The notes below the pieces were generated by a model, which ran no database searches, was not told the DNA's origin, and saw only the letters and a list, made by a program, of their open reading frames with translations. From Candidatus Gastranaerophilales bacterium (GTDB taxonomy: Bacteria; Cyanobacteriota; Vampirovibrionia; Gastranaerophilales; Gastranaerophilaceae): a stretch of DNA of 64,000 nucleotides. The position numbers and the translations under genes are program-made. The stretch spans positions 8,705 to 72,704 of the forward strand of contig CALUYX010000001.1 of assembly GCA_944325115.1 (NCBI GenBank). Reading direction: 5' to 3'. Of this stretch, positions 1 through 8,928 are shown in pieces (the first letter of the stretch is position 1; every line of letters begins with the position of its first letter).

Positions 1-324
1 TTTTCTTGGTATAAGACATGTGCCTTCTTGAGTTGTTAAGTCGCAAAGAAATTCAAATTGTATAAAATCGCCTTCTTTGTAATATTTTGAATTAAAATTT
101 TGTGCAAATGATATTTCTATGACATTTTCTTTTTGTACTATGCTTTCGAAATTCTTTACCTTAACGAGGTTTACTTTTGAGTACTTGTTTGAGGTAAGAT
201 GTTCTATGGTTACATTTTCATCGCATGGAGGATTTTCAAAATCTGCAGCATATAACCCTTGCGAAAAAATTAAATTCATAAATAATAAAATAAATAATGC
301 GCTGAGGATTTTTTTTATTTTCAT
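1..324 (-). CDS. secreted hypothetical protein (N-terminal 108 codons; gene runs off the left edge)
   Basis: Not in the supplied ORF track. The reverse-strand frame is open for all 108 codons from the ATG at 324..322. An AAGGAG Shine-Dalgarno (complement of 330..335) lies 5 nt upstream. The N-terminus MKIKKILSALFILLFMNLIFSQGLYA looks like a signal peptide. It sits directly downstream of the PilZ gene on the same strand. Confidence 0.6.
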   Translation of the reverse strand, partial: MKIKKILSALFILLFMNLIFSQGLYAADFENPPCDENVTIEHLTSNKYSKVNLVKVKNFESIVQKENVIEISFAQNFNSKYYKEGDFIQFEFLCDLTTQEGTCLIPRK

Positions 325-334
325 ATAATCTCCT

Positions 335-985
335 TTACAGTCGATAATCCAACATTTTTTTTCTTTGCGCTGCCTCAAATTCAAAACATTTTTTTATTAT
401 AAAGTTCATTTCTTTTTCACTAATGGAAATAAACACCAAAGAAGTGCTGTAGTTTTGCTCTCCCCTTATAGCCATGGGGTTTATTTTTACAATCTGTGCT
501 ACGGTTGAAATGTTGCACTCAGGAAAAGCCATTGTTACATCAAGTTTTGAGCAGCCGGAAATATTTTCTTTCAGCAGTATATTCATTCCTTTTGCACTTA
601 TGTTTCTTGAAGTGCCCTGTATGGTTTTTTTGATACCGCCATAGTAAATATTCAAGGTGGTTTTAACCTTGATTTCTGCTCTGATATATTGTCTGCGTTG
701 AATTTTTTCTGCCTTAGTCGGGAATGAAAACTTGTAATTATCTTCTGACCTTCCAATATATCTGCACTCAAATTTGAATATGCCGTTTTTTGTGTAGATG
801 TATAGTTCAACAGTTTGTTTTGATGAACAATCGAACACCATTTCTTTGCTTCTTAATTTTTCTATGACAATTTCTTTGTCACTATGAGAGTTGAAAGTAC
901 CAAAAAATCTTGCAGTGCTGTTTAGGTTTTTTATTACAAGCTCTGCCTTGCAACCCTTATCAATATATTCAAAATAGCTTTCCAT
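335..985 (-). CDS. PilZ-domain c-di-GMP receptor, YcgR-like (putative flagellar brake type)
   Basis: 216-aa ORF. The C-terminal half carries the PilZ signature RRQYIR (RxxxR) followed by GTSRNISAKG (D/NxSxxG). The N-terminal ~100 aa matches a YcgR-type PilZN domain in size and position. Confidence 0.75.
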   Translation of the reverse strand: MESYFEYIDKGCKAELVIKNLNSTARFFGTFNSHSDKEIVIEKLRSKEMVFDCSSKQTVELYIYTKNGIFKFECRYIGRSEDNYKFSFPTKAEKIQRRQYIRAEIKVKTTLNIYYGGIKKTIQGTSRNISAKGMNILLKENISGCSKLDVTMAFPECNISTVAQIVKINPMAIRGEQNYSTSLVFISISEKEMNFIIKKCFEFEAAQRKKMLDYRL

Positions 986-1133
986 ATTTTGTTATTATAA
1001 CAGATTAAATATGATTTGAAAATGAGTGAAAAATTTGAAAAATTCAAAATAGCCTGAGTGGCTATTTACAACAACTGTTAAGACTTATATTATTTTTTTA
1101 GTGCATATTCCACTCTCACTCGTAAACTGTTTT

Positions 1134-1164
1134 GCCCGATAACATTATGTTATCGGCTTTTTTT
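1134..1164 (+). terminator. Rho-independent terminator-like hairpin (+ strand orientation)
   Basis: The stem ccgataaca (1136-1144) pairs with tgttatcgg (1148-1156) around a 3-nt loop. A run of 7 T follows on the + strand. No U-tract exists in the reverse orientation. Confidence 0.55.
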
Positions 1165-1413
1165 ATCTAAATCGGTGCTTTCAATAAAAAGTGTGTTGAA
1201 CACTTTGAATGGAGCACTACGTCTGCGACGTAAGAGTTTTAGAATAAAACTCCACAGGAGCATATCTAAATCGGTGCTTTCAATAAAAAGTGTGTTGAAC
1301 ACTTTGAATGGAGCACTACGTCTGCGACGTAAGAGTTTTAGAATAAAACTCCACAGGAGCATATCTAAATCGGTGCTTTCAATAAAAAGTGTGTTGAACA
1401 CTTTGAATGGAGC
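1165..1413. repeat. 99-bp perfect tandem repeat, 2.5 copies (A51-B48-A51-B48-A51)
   Basis: Unit starts are at 1165, 1264 and 1363. Copies 1 and 2 are identical over 99 nt. Copy 3 keeps the first 51 nt and then diverges. Each unit contains three hairpins: gtgct/ttc/aaagtg...cacttt/gaa/agcac, tacgtc-tgc-gacgta and gagtttta-gaa-taaaactc. Confidence 0.95.
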
Positions 1414-1754
1414 TATACAAGTCTAAATCTTCTTCTTGCTAAAATTCTTTTGTTGTTTATAAAATCTTCTTCACTTAAATATAATAATGGAAATTTCTTT
1501 TGCGAAAGCAAGCTCAGTTGGGTATTTAGTATGGGGTTTAGATTGTATAATGAAATATTGTTGTCACAGAGCATTGCAACTGTCTTTGCATCTTTGAGAT
1601 TACTTAATTCTTTGCAGTTTAGAGCAAGTCTGTCACAGTGTTTAAGGTTTTTTTTGACAAACTCAATTATTTCTTTAAGTATTTTTGTATCAAGCGTTTG
1701 TGTGCTGATGTCAAATATGCGAAGTCTTTTGTGCTTCCTTAAAACAAAATCCAT
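1413..1754 (-). CDS. hypothetical protein (possibly STAS / anti-sigma-antagonist-like)
   Basis: 113-aa ORF divergent from the kinase-like gene. Its size and alternating pattern (..LALNCKELSNL..AMLCD..ISLYNLNPIL..) loosely resemble STAS domains. I saw no diagnostic motif. Confidence 0.5.
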   Translation of the reverse strand: MDFVLRKHKRLRIFDISTQTLDTKILKEIIEFVKKNLKHCDRLALNCKELSNLKDAKTVAMLCDNNISLYNLNPILNTQLSLLSQKKFPLLYLSEEDFINNKRILARRRFRLV

Positions 1755-1904
1755 TTTGTATTGAAATCCTTGTAGAGTCCTTATTGGCTATTATATATTT
1801 TTATTTTCTTGAATTTAATCGTAAATTAGTTTGGAGCTTTTTATACTTTGGTATGAACTATAATTTGTTTTTTAATTTTTTTTTGTGTTAGTATAAGTTT
1901 TGTA

Positions 1905-3041
1905 ATGAATTTATTGAATTTTTTTAAAAGACCCAAAAAAGAAGATATTTTTAATAAACTCCCCGATGGCACTATTATTGTGTCACTTGAGGGAAGAATA
2001 CTTGATGCTAACAATAAAGCGCTTAAAATGTTTGGAGTTTCAAGACTTGAGATGGCAGGTGAATTTTTTTCTGCTTATGTTGAGGGCGGGTCTAATCTCT
2101 TAAATAAAATAATTTCACTTAAGAAGCCTCTTATTTCAAGAGTGAATGTTGCCAAAAAAGAAAATGAGGATTTTTATTACGAGATTTCTGCTCACAGGGA
2201 TAGTATAGAGCAAAAAGTATATGTAACCTTGCGTGATGTAAGCCAAAATTACAAAATGCAAAATATGGTAAACGGTCAGTTTGAGATAGCTAAAAATATC
2301 ATAGACGATAAAAATACTTATTTGGTAAATATTTCAGGCGAGATTCTTTCTTCTCTTGCAACGATTGAAGGGTTTTCAAAAGCTCTTTCAGACGGTGTAG
2401 GCGGCGTTTTGATAGACAAGCAAATGAAATATGTAAACATAATAAATAAAAATGCGCGCGACCTTACCTATGACTTAGAGAAGCTGTTTACTATTTTCAG
2501 ACTTGAATCAAATCTTTACCAGTATGACTTTAGAAATTTTGATGTAATTAACCTGCTTAGTACTATTGTTAATCAGTATGAACCGTTATTTACTTCAAAA
2601 AAAATGTTGTTTGAAACAAATTTCTCAACCCTTGCATCCAGAGCTTGTTTTCTTGACCCTGCGGTTTTTGAGTATGTTATAAGAAGTATTTTGGATGTGT
2701 TTTTAAATAATACTCAAATAGGCAGAATTTCATTCAGTGCAGGAAATCCTCCAATAGCATTCTTAGAGCAACATGACTTTGATGCAAAAGATGATTTAGA
2801 ACCTTCAAAGTATATGCTTTTTGAAATGAAGGCAAGTGAACTTTTTCTTGACGAGGAAGAGCTGGCAACGCTTTTTGATGCTTATTCCTGTTTAAATAAG
2901 AATAAACGTCCTATCGGCATGAAACTTGCATTTGTTCTAATTAAAAAATTTATCAAACAATTTAAGGGTGATATCTGGGTGTATTCAAAATCTTCTTTTG
3001 GAACAATGGTTAGTTTCGTAGTTCCTGTTGAGAGAAAATAA
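1905..3041 (+). CDS. PAS-containing histidine-kinase-like protein lacking the phospho-acceptor His (pseudo-kinase)
   Basis: There is a PAS-like N-terminus (LPDGTIIVSLEGRILDANNKALKMFG). In the DHp-like helix the H-box position reads VNISGEILSSL, with Gly in place of His. The C-terminal HATPase_c-like fold (GDIWVYSKSSFGTMVSFVVPV) has degenerate G1/G2 boxes. Confidence 0.7.
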   Translation: MNLLNFFKRPKKEDIFNKLPDGTIIVSLEGRILDANNKALKMFGVSRLEMAGEFFSAYVEGGSNLLNKIISLKKPLISRVNVAKKENEDFYYEISAHRDSIEQKVYVTLRDVSQNYKMQNMVNGQFEIAKNIIDDKNTYLVNISGEILSSLATIEGFSKALSDGVGGVLIDKQMKYVNIINKNARDLTYDLEKLFTIFRLESNLYQYDFRNFDVINLLSTIVNQYEPLFTSKKMLFETNFSTLASRACFLDPAVFEYVIRSILDVFLNNTQIGRISFSAGNPPIAFLEQHDFDAKDDLEPSKYMLFEMKASELFLDEEELATLFDAYSCLNKNKRPIGMKLAFVLIKKFIKQFKGDIWVYSKSSFGTMVSFVVPVERK

Positions 3042-4134
3042 TATAAAGGATAGAATTTTGTCTAAAGTAATACTTAAAAACATTACAAAACGCTTCGGCA
3101 AAAAGACAATACTTAACGATATTTCACTGGAGATAAAAGACAAGGAGTTTGTTGTATTAGTCGGTGCGTCAGGCTGCGGGAAGTCTACCCTTTTAAGAAC
3201 TATTGCGGGGCTTGAAACTCCAAGTTCGGGCGAGATATATATCGGTTCAAAATGTGTTAACAACGTATTGCCAAAAGACCGTGATATTGCTATGGTTTTT
3301 CAAAGTTATGCGCTTTATCCTCACTTGAGTGTTTTTGAGAATATGGCATTTCCCTTAAGTATTAAAAAAATGGCAAAATGTGAGATTAAAAGAAGAGTTA
3401 ATAATGCTGCGGATATATTAGGGCTTGAAGATTATCTTGAATACAAACCTCGTGAATTATCAGGAGGTCAAAGGCAAAGAGTTGCCCTAGGGCGCGCTAT
3501 TGTAAGAGAGCCAAAGGTTTTTCTTATGGATGAGCCGTTGAGTAATCTTGATGCAAAGCTAAGAGTCGCAATGCGTTCTGAAATAAAGAAGCTTCATAAA
3601 AAACTAAATACAACCTTTATATATGTTACACATGACCAAACTGAAGCGATGACTATGGGTGACAAGATAGTTGTGCTTGATAGCGGTAAAATTCAGCAGG
3701 CTGATAATGCTATAAATATATATAATCATCCTAAAAATACATTCGTAGCAGGCTTTATGGGTTCATATCCAATGAATCTTTTGCCTGCGACAATAGAGGA
3801 TGGTTTGCTTAATTTTGGAAGTATATATATTAACCTTGCAAAAACGCAAATTGCTTACCCCAAAAATGTAAAAGAAGTCATTGTAGGGGTAAGGGTTGAA
3901 GATATAGTTGACAAGAGCAATCCGGACTATTTATTTAATTTGATAAAATTTATGGCAAGACCTGAGTTTGAGGAAACTTTGGGTGCGTATAAGGTTGTTT
4001 ATTTCAAAATGGGAAATACGGACTGTATCGCCAAAGTTCCCCTTGCTATGGATACAACAGGTGTTATGGAATTTTCTATTGACCCAATGAAGCTCAAGTT
4101 TTTTGATGCAAAAACAAAAGAAGCGCTTAACTAA
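3028..4134 (+). CDS. ABC transporter ATP-binding protein, MalK/UgpC-type (carbohydrate importer ATPase)
   Basis: Walker A GASGCGKST, signature LSGGQRQR, Walker B FLMDEP and H-loop VTHDQ are present. A ~130-aa C-terminal regulatory extension is typical of MalK-like ATPases. The gene overlaps the upstream gene by 14 nt. Confidence 0.9.
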   Translation: MRENNIKDRILSKVILKNITKRFGKKTILNDISLEIKDKEFVVLVGASGCGKSTLLRTIAGLETPSSGEIYIGSKCVNNVLPKDRDIAMVFQSYALYPHLSVFENMAFPLSIKKMAKCEIKRRVNNAADILGLEDYLEYKPRELSGGQRQRVALGRAIVREPKVFLMDEPLSNLDAKLRVAMRSEIKKLHKKLNTTFIYVTHDQTEAMTMGDKIVVLDSGKIQQADNAINIYNHPKNTFVAGFMGSYPMNLLPATIEDGLLNFGSIYINLAKTQIAYPKNVKEVIVGVRVEDIVDKSNPDYLFNLIKFMARPEFEETLGAYKVVYFKMGNTDCIAKVPLAMDTTGVMEFSIDPMKLKFFDAKTKEALN

Positions 4135-4321
4135 GAGTTTTTTCGCTGTCGCTGTCTTCTTTTTCAACCCAAACATAGGTTTGCTTAAAAGCACCTTTAA
4201 AAGGGTTGTGTGAGTAGTCATAGTCAACAAAAGGATTTTTGACTCTTTTGTTTATTGTGTCTGCTTTTGAATTTATATCCTTAAAGTATTCTCCTAATTT
4301 CATAATTTTTCCAACCATCAT
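4127..4321 (-). CDS. small hypothetical protein
   Basis: 64-aa ORF convergent with, and overlapping by 8 nt, the ABC ATPase gene. Its composition is protein-like, but I recognise no motif. Confidence 0.3.
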   Translation of the reverse strand: MMVGKIMKLGEYFKDINSKADTINKRVKNPFVDYDYSHNPFKGAFKQTYVWVEKEDSDSEKTLS

Positions 4322-4471
4322 ATTTTACATTTATATTATGGCATATTTAATTTCCTTTTAATTCCACTTGGGTATACATATGGTATTAGTACTATAGTAG
4401 TATCCAACTTGTTGATTCATTAAATATTTAATGATAGTATTTTATTTGAGGAGAAGCATTTTGAGGATATT

Positions 4472-5635
4472 ATGAAGAAAAAAGTAGGCATTGTTTTGCT
4501 TGTGATAATTGTGCTTATTGCTTTTCGTTGGGGAAGCGGTAAGTTTGGCGAGTTTATGAGAGCTAAAATGATGGGCTCAATGATGACTCCCAAGGTAAAG
4601 CTCGCTCAAGTCGGAGAAATAGAATATAAAAACGAAATAGAGGCCCCCGGCAGAATTGTTGCAAAGTATTCTGTAGACCTTGTAGCAAGGGTTGACGGGT
4701 ATTTACAGGAAAAAAGATTTAATGAAGGTGATTTTGTCAAAAAAGGACAGGTGCTTTTTGTTATTGAACCTCAGCAGTATTTAATCGCATTAAATAAGGC
4801 ACAGGCTGAACTTGCAACAGCTCGTGCTCAGGCAGTCAAAGCAAGTAAAGATTATGCTCGCTCAAAGGAATTGGTAGCAAAAGACTACATTTCAAAATCC
4901 ACATACGATGATACACTTGCGCAGCGTGATATTGCAAATGCCTCTGTTAAGGCTGCAATTGCAATGGTTAACGATGCAAAAAGAAATTATAACTATACAA
5001 GAATAACCTCTCCGATTGATGGCAGAATCGGTATGCTAAATGTTACACAAGGTAATTATGTCAGCACTCAAAGCGGGGCTTTGGCACGTGTAGTAAGTAC
5101 TAATCCGATTTATGTAACATACAGCGTTGATTCAAAGCAATTTGCCAACCTAAGGGATAATGAAATTATTCCCGAAGATAAAAAAGAGCAGCCCATAAGT
5201 GTTGAAATTACTTTGCCTGACGGTACAAAGTATGAGCACAAGGGTGTAGAAGACTTTTGGGATAACCAAATCTCGCAAACTACAGGTACTATAGCTCTGC
5301 GTGCAACTTTTAAAAATCCTGACAACAAACTTATTCCTGGAGATTTTGTAAAAGTAAGAGTTTATTCAAACAAACTCAATAAAAAAATAGTTCTTCCTCA
5401 AGACTGTGTTTTGCAAGATTCTACAGGAAGATATGTCTATGTTGTTGATAAAGACTCTATAGCAAGAAAAAAATATGTAAAAATTTCAAATGAATATCAA
5501 AAATACTGGATTGTATCATCGGGGCTAAATGTTGGTGATGAGTATATTTCAGAAGGTGTAGTAAAAGTAATTGCCGACAAGCCTGTAGTTGTACTTAAAG
5601 ATGATGAGTTGGTTAAGTTAAAAGATAAGAAATAA
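4472..5635 (+). CDS. RND efflux membrane fusion (periplasmic adaptor) protein, HlyD/AcrA family
   Basis: An N-terminal membrane anchor is followed by lipoyl-like and coiled-coil segments (QAELATARAQAVKASKDYAR), a PIDGRIG motif and a beta-barrel C-terminus. It is the first gene of a three-gene efflux operon. Confidence 0.9.
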   Translation: MKKKVGIVLLVIIVLIAFRWGSGKFGEFMRAKMMGSMMTPKVKLAQVGEIEYKNEIEAPGRIVAKYSVDLVARVDGYLQEKRFNEGDFVKKGQVLFVIEPQQYLIALNKAQAELATARAQAVKASKDYARSKELVAKDYISKSTYDDTLAQRDIANASVKAAIAMVNDAKRNYNYTRITSPIDGRIGMLNVTQGNYVSTQSGALARVVSTNPIYVTYSVDSKQFANLRDNEIIPEDKKEQPISVEITLPDGTKYEHKGVEDFWDNQISQTTGTIALRATFKNPDNKLIPGDFVKVRVYSNKLNKKIVLPQDCVLQDSTGRYVYVVDKDSIARKKYVKISNEYQKYWIVSSGLNVGDEYISEGVVKVIADKPVVVLKDDELVKLKDKK

Positions 5636-5646
5636 CGGTATAAAAT

Positions 5647-8600
5647 ATGTTTTCAAAGTTTTTTATAGACAGACCAAGATTTGCAATTGTAATTTCGCTA
5701 GTTATAACACTTGCGGGGTTAATTGCTCTTAAGGGTTTACCGCTTGAACAATATCCGACAATTACACCTCCTCAGGTAATAGTGTCTGCTACATACCCAG
5801 GTGCAAGCTCTGATGTTATAGAGTCAACCGTTGCTGCCCCTATTGAATCTGCCGTAAACGGCGTTGAAGACATGCTTTATATGACATCAAGTTCTAAAAA
5901 CGGCAGCTATAAGCTCAGTATTTACTTTAAAGTCGGTACGAACCCTGATATGGCTGTTGTAAATGTTCAGAACAAAACCTCTCTTGCAACCGCACGTTTG
6001 CCTGATGAAGTTAAAAGGTACGGGCTTACAATTAAAGAATCAACTGCAGGTGCAGGTCTTGTAATATATAGGGTTTTTTCTCCCGACGGTTCAAAAGACC
6101 TTGTTGAGCTTGCGAACTATGCTTCAATCTTTATAAAAGATGAACTTGCCCGTGTTGAGGGCATTGGCGAGGTTGTTGTTTTTGGCGGTAGGGATTATGC
6201 CATGCGTATATGGCTGGATGCCCAAAAACTTGCTGCCTTAAATGTTTCTCCTGCTGATGTTAACGCTGCAATTGCCGCTCAAAATGCTCAAGTGCCTGCA
6301 GGTAATATAGGTAACGAGCCTTTGGTAAACAAAAAAGATATGTCTATTGTTTTAAGGACTCAAGGCAGGTTGAAAACGGTCGAAGAATTTGAAAATATTA
6401 TTGTAAAGTCAAATCCTGACGGCTCTGCAATAAAAGTGTCCGATGTTGCACGAGTTGAGCTGGCTTCAGAAACATATGACTATTTAGGACGTGTTGATTT
6501 GCAGCCTGTTGCGGTTATTCAGGTAATTCAGCTTGCTGATGCTAACGCAGTTGAGCTTGCAAATAACTGTAACAAAAAGATGGAAGAGCTTTCAAAGAAT
6601 TTCCCCGACGGTATTTCATATGAGATATTTAGGGACTCGACAGATTTTATCAAAGAATCTCTAAATGAAGTTATAAAAGCTATTATTCTTGCAATATTTC
6701 TTGTAATAATGGTAGTGTACCTGTTTTTGGGCGATGTTAGGGCTTCATTTATCCCATTTGTTGCAATTCCCGTATCTTTGATAGGTACTGTGATAATTTT
6801 TGCTATACTTGGTTTTTCAATAAACACGCTTACGTTGTTTGGCTTTGTACTTGCTGTAGGTACGGTTGTGGATGATGCCATTGTTGTTATTGAAAACGTG
6901 CAAAGACACATTGAGGCGGGTTTGTCACCAAGAGAGGCTTCTATTATCTCTATGGATGAGGTTTCAGGTGCGGTTCTTGCTACTTCACTTGTTTTGATGG
7001 CAGTTTTTGTTCCCGTTGCTTTTATCCCAGGTATTACAGGTAAAATGTATCAACAATTTGCCGTAACAATTGCGGTTTCAATCGGTTTTTCAACTCTTGT
7101 TGCACTGACTTTAGCTCCTGCTCTTTGTGCAACAATACTGAAATCAAAAGACGAATTGCCTAAGCGCACATTTTTTAATAAATACAGAGAATTGTATCGT
7201 GATTACTGGCAGCACCATGCTAATTTAAGCGGTCTTGAGTTGGTTAAGGCTTGGGGTGAGTTTTTTGCCACGGCATGGGATATTACAATTAAAAAATTCA
7301 ACAGAATGTTTGATAGGATACGTGACACTTATATAGAAGGGTCAAAGTATTATATAGAAAAACCATCCAGAACAAAAATCACCTATGTTGTTTTGGTTAT
7401 TGCTCTGTTATTTTTGTTTAAACTTATTCCAACCGGATTTTTACCAAACGAGGACTCGGGTGCATTATTTACGAGTGTGCAGCTAAAGGACGGTTCTTCT
7501 TTATCTAAAACAATGTCTATAACAGATGAACTTGAAAAAGATATTTTAAAAGTCCCCGGTGTACTTAATGTTTTAGGGCTTGAGGGTATAAACGGTCAGA
7601 ATACTTCTATGATTATCACCCACTTTTTACCTTGGGAAGAAAGAAGGGCGGTGCCTTGGTATAAGCAAATTTTTATGAGCAAGGAGAAAAAATATCAGGC
7701 AAAACGCTCTCTTGAAGATATAAAGGCAAATGTAAATGCGCTGAGTGCTAAGTATCCTGATGCAAAAATATTTTCATTTATACCGCCTGCAATAACAGGG
7801 CTAAGTATGTATGGCGGCTTTGAATATCAACTTTTGGACAAAGCAAACAGAACACCTCAGGAACTTAATGAAGAAGCCAATAAGCTAATTTATGAAGCTA
7901 ACAGAAGTTCTGTTGTAACAGGGGTATTTACTCAATATAACGCAAATATTCCTCAATTCTTAATTGATATTGACTACAAAAAAGCTCTCGCTCAGGGTAT
8001 ACCTGTTAATGAGATATATACCGCATTATCTTCTCAATTTGGTCAGACTTATGTAAATGACTTCAATTTATATGGTCGTGTTTTCCGTGTAGTTTTACAG
8101 GCTCAAGAGGCATTTCGCTCTGCTCCTGCGGATATGGACAAGGTATACATTAAATCTTCTGACGGCAAGTCCTCCCCTTTAAGTTCCGTTGTTAGAATTG
8201 AGCCTGTGACAGGTCCTTATGATATTACAAGGTTTAATATGTATAAGTCTGTTCAGTTGAGCGGTAACCCTGCAAAAGGAAAAAGTTCGGGTCAGGCAAT
8301 TAAAGAAATGGAGAGAATTTCAAATGAAATATTGCCTGAGGATATGACTTTTGCTTGGTCGGGTACAAGTTTGCAGGAAATCGAATCCAGTGGTCAGACA
8401 ACAGTTGTGCTTGCAATGTCTTTGATATTTGTATATTTATTCCTTGTTGCGCTGTATGAAAGCTGGATGCTTCCTGTTGGTGTAATGTTAATTGCGCCCA
8501 TTGCCATGCTTGGTGCTTTGATATTTCAGTACATTGCAGGTTATGCTCTTGATTTGTATGCGCAAATCGGGCTTATTATGTTAATCGGTCTTGCTGCAAA

Positions 8601-8928
8601 ACAGGCGATATTAATCATTGAGTTTGCCAAAACTGCGCGCGAAGAACAAGGAATGAGCATATTTGATGCTGCAATTGAGGCTGCAAGAATAAGATTCAGA
8701 GCTGTTATGATGACAGTTATTGCATTTATCTTAGGTATGTTACCTCTTGTTTTTGCAGTAGGTCCCGGGGCTGAAAGCCGCCGTTCTCTTGGTATGACTG
8801 TTTTTGGCGGTATGATAGCAGCTGCCATTGTTGGTACTATTCTTGTACCGGCATTTTATGTAATTATTCAGCAGGCAAGAGAAAACGCGGCTGAGAAAAG
8901 ACGTAAAAAGGGAAAGAAAAATGAATAG
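5647..8928 (+). CDS. RND multidrug efflux permease, AcrB/HAE1 family
   Basis: 1093 aa. The N-terminus [18 protein letters not shown] is characteristic of the family. It has 12-TM topology with two large periplasmic loops and a [12 protein letters not shown] motif in TM4. Confidence 0.95.
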   Translation: MFSKFFIDRPRFAIVISLVITLAGLIALKGLPLEQYPTITPPQVIVSATYPGASSDVIESTVAAPIESAVNGVEDMLYMTSSSKNGSYKLSIYFKVGTNPDMAVVNVQNKTSLATARLPDEVKRYGLTIKESTAGAGLVIYRVFSPDGSKDLVELANYASIFIKDELARVEGIGEVVVFGGRDYAMRIWLDAQKLAALNVSPADVNAAIAAQNAQVPAGNIGNEPLVNKKDMSIVLRTQGRLKTVEEFENIIVKSNPDGSAIKVSDVARVELASETYDYLGRVDLQPVAVIQVIQLADANAVELANNCNKKMEELSKNFPDGISYEIFRDSTDFIKESLNEVIKAIILAIFLVIMVVYLFLGDVRASFIPFVAIPVSLIGTVIIFAILGFSINTLTLFGFVLAVGTVVDDAIVVIENVQRHIEAGLSPREASIISMDEVSGAVLATSLVLMAVFVPVAFIPGITGKMYQQFAVTIAVSIGFSTLVALTLAPALCATILKSKDELPKRTFFNKYRELYRDYWQHHANLSGLELVKAWGEFFATAWDITIKKFNRMFDRIRDTYIEGSKYYIEKPSRTKITYVVLVIALLFLFKLIPTGFLPNEDSGALFTSVQLKDGSSLSKTMSITDELEKDILKVPGVLNVLGLEGINGQNTSMIITHFLPWEERRAVPWYKQIFMSKEKKYQAKRSLEDIKANVNALSAKYPDAKIFSFIPPAITGLSMYGGFEYQLLDKANRTPQELNEEANKLIYEANRSSVVTGVFTQYNANIPQFLIDIDYKKALAQGIPVNEIYTALSSQFGQTYVNDFNLYGRVFRVVLQAQEAFRSAPADMDKVYIKSSDGKSSPLSSVVRIEPVTGPYDITRFNMYKSVQLSGNPAKGKSSGQAIKEMERISNEILPEDMTFAWSGTSLQEIESSGQTTVVLAMSLIFVYLFLVALYESWMLPVGVMLIAPIAMLGALIFQYIAGYALDLYAQIGLIMLIGLAAKQAILIIEFAKTAREEQGMSIFDAAIEAARIRFRAVMMTVIAFILGMLPLVFAVGPGAESRRSLGMTVFGGMIAAAIVGTILVPAFYVIIQQARENAAEKRRKKGKKNE

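Noticed and set aside
119-328. 69-aa + strand ORF from the track.
   Set aside because: The opposite strand carries a fully open frame with a strong SD and a classic signal peptide (feature 1..324 minus). The + strand product is F/C/S-rich and looks like an antisense artefact.
1165-1413. CRISPR array interpretation of the A-B-A-B-A repeat (51-nt 'repeat', 48-nt 'spacer'; gttttag-like segment).
   Set aside because: The two 'spacers' are identical to each other. There are only 2.5 units. No cas genes or leader are nearby. The gttttaga segment lies in the would-be spacer, not the repeat. It is better described as a plain 99-bp tandem duplication.
1150-1426. Two 83-aa ORFs (1150..1401 minus, 1175..1426 plus) with internally repeated 33-aa peptide sequence.
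   Set aside because: Both lie entirely in the 99-bp tandem repeat. The period is a multiple of 3, so any stop-free frame stays open. ORFs of identical length on both strands, with no SD or start context, indicate an artefact of the repeat.
4369-4405. Short palindromes (gtatac, catatg, tagtacta) upstream of the efflux operon as a TetR-type operator.
   Set aside because: The segment as a whole is not dyad-symmetric. Such 6-8-nt A/T palindromes are common in AT-rich DNA, and no cognate regulator gene is adjacent.
6528-6911. Antisense ORFs inside large genes (e.g. 6528..6911, 8541..8828, 12046..12396, 14749..15027, 25357..25608, 45408..45704, 59535..59942).
   Set aside because: All are embedded opposite well-supported conserved genes and show biased antisense-type composition. 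There is no independent expression signal.
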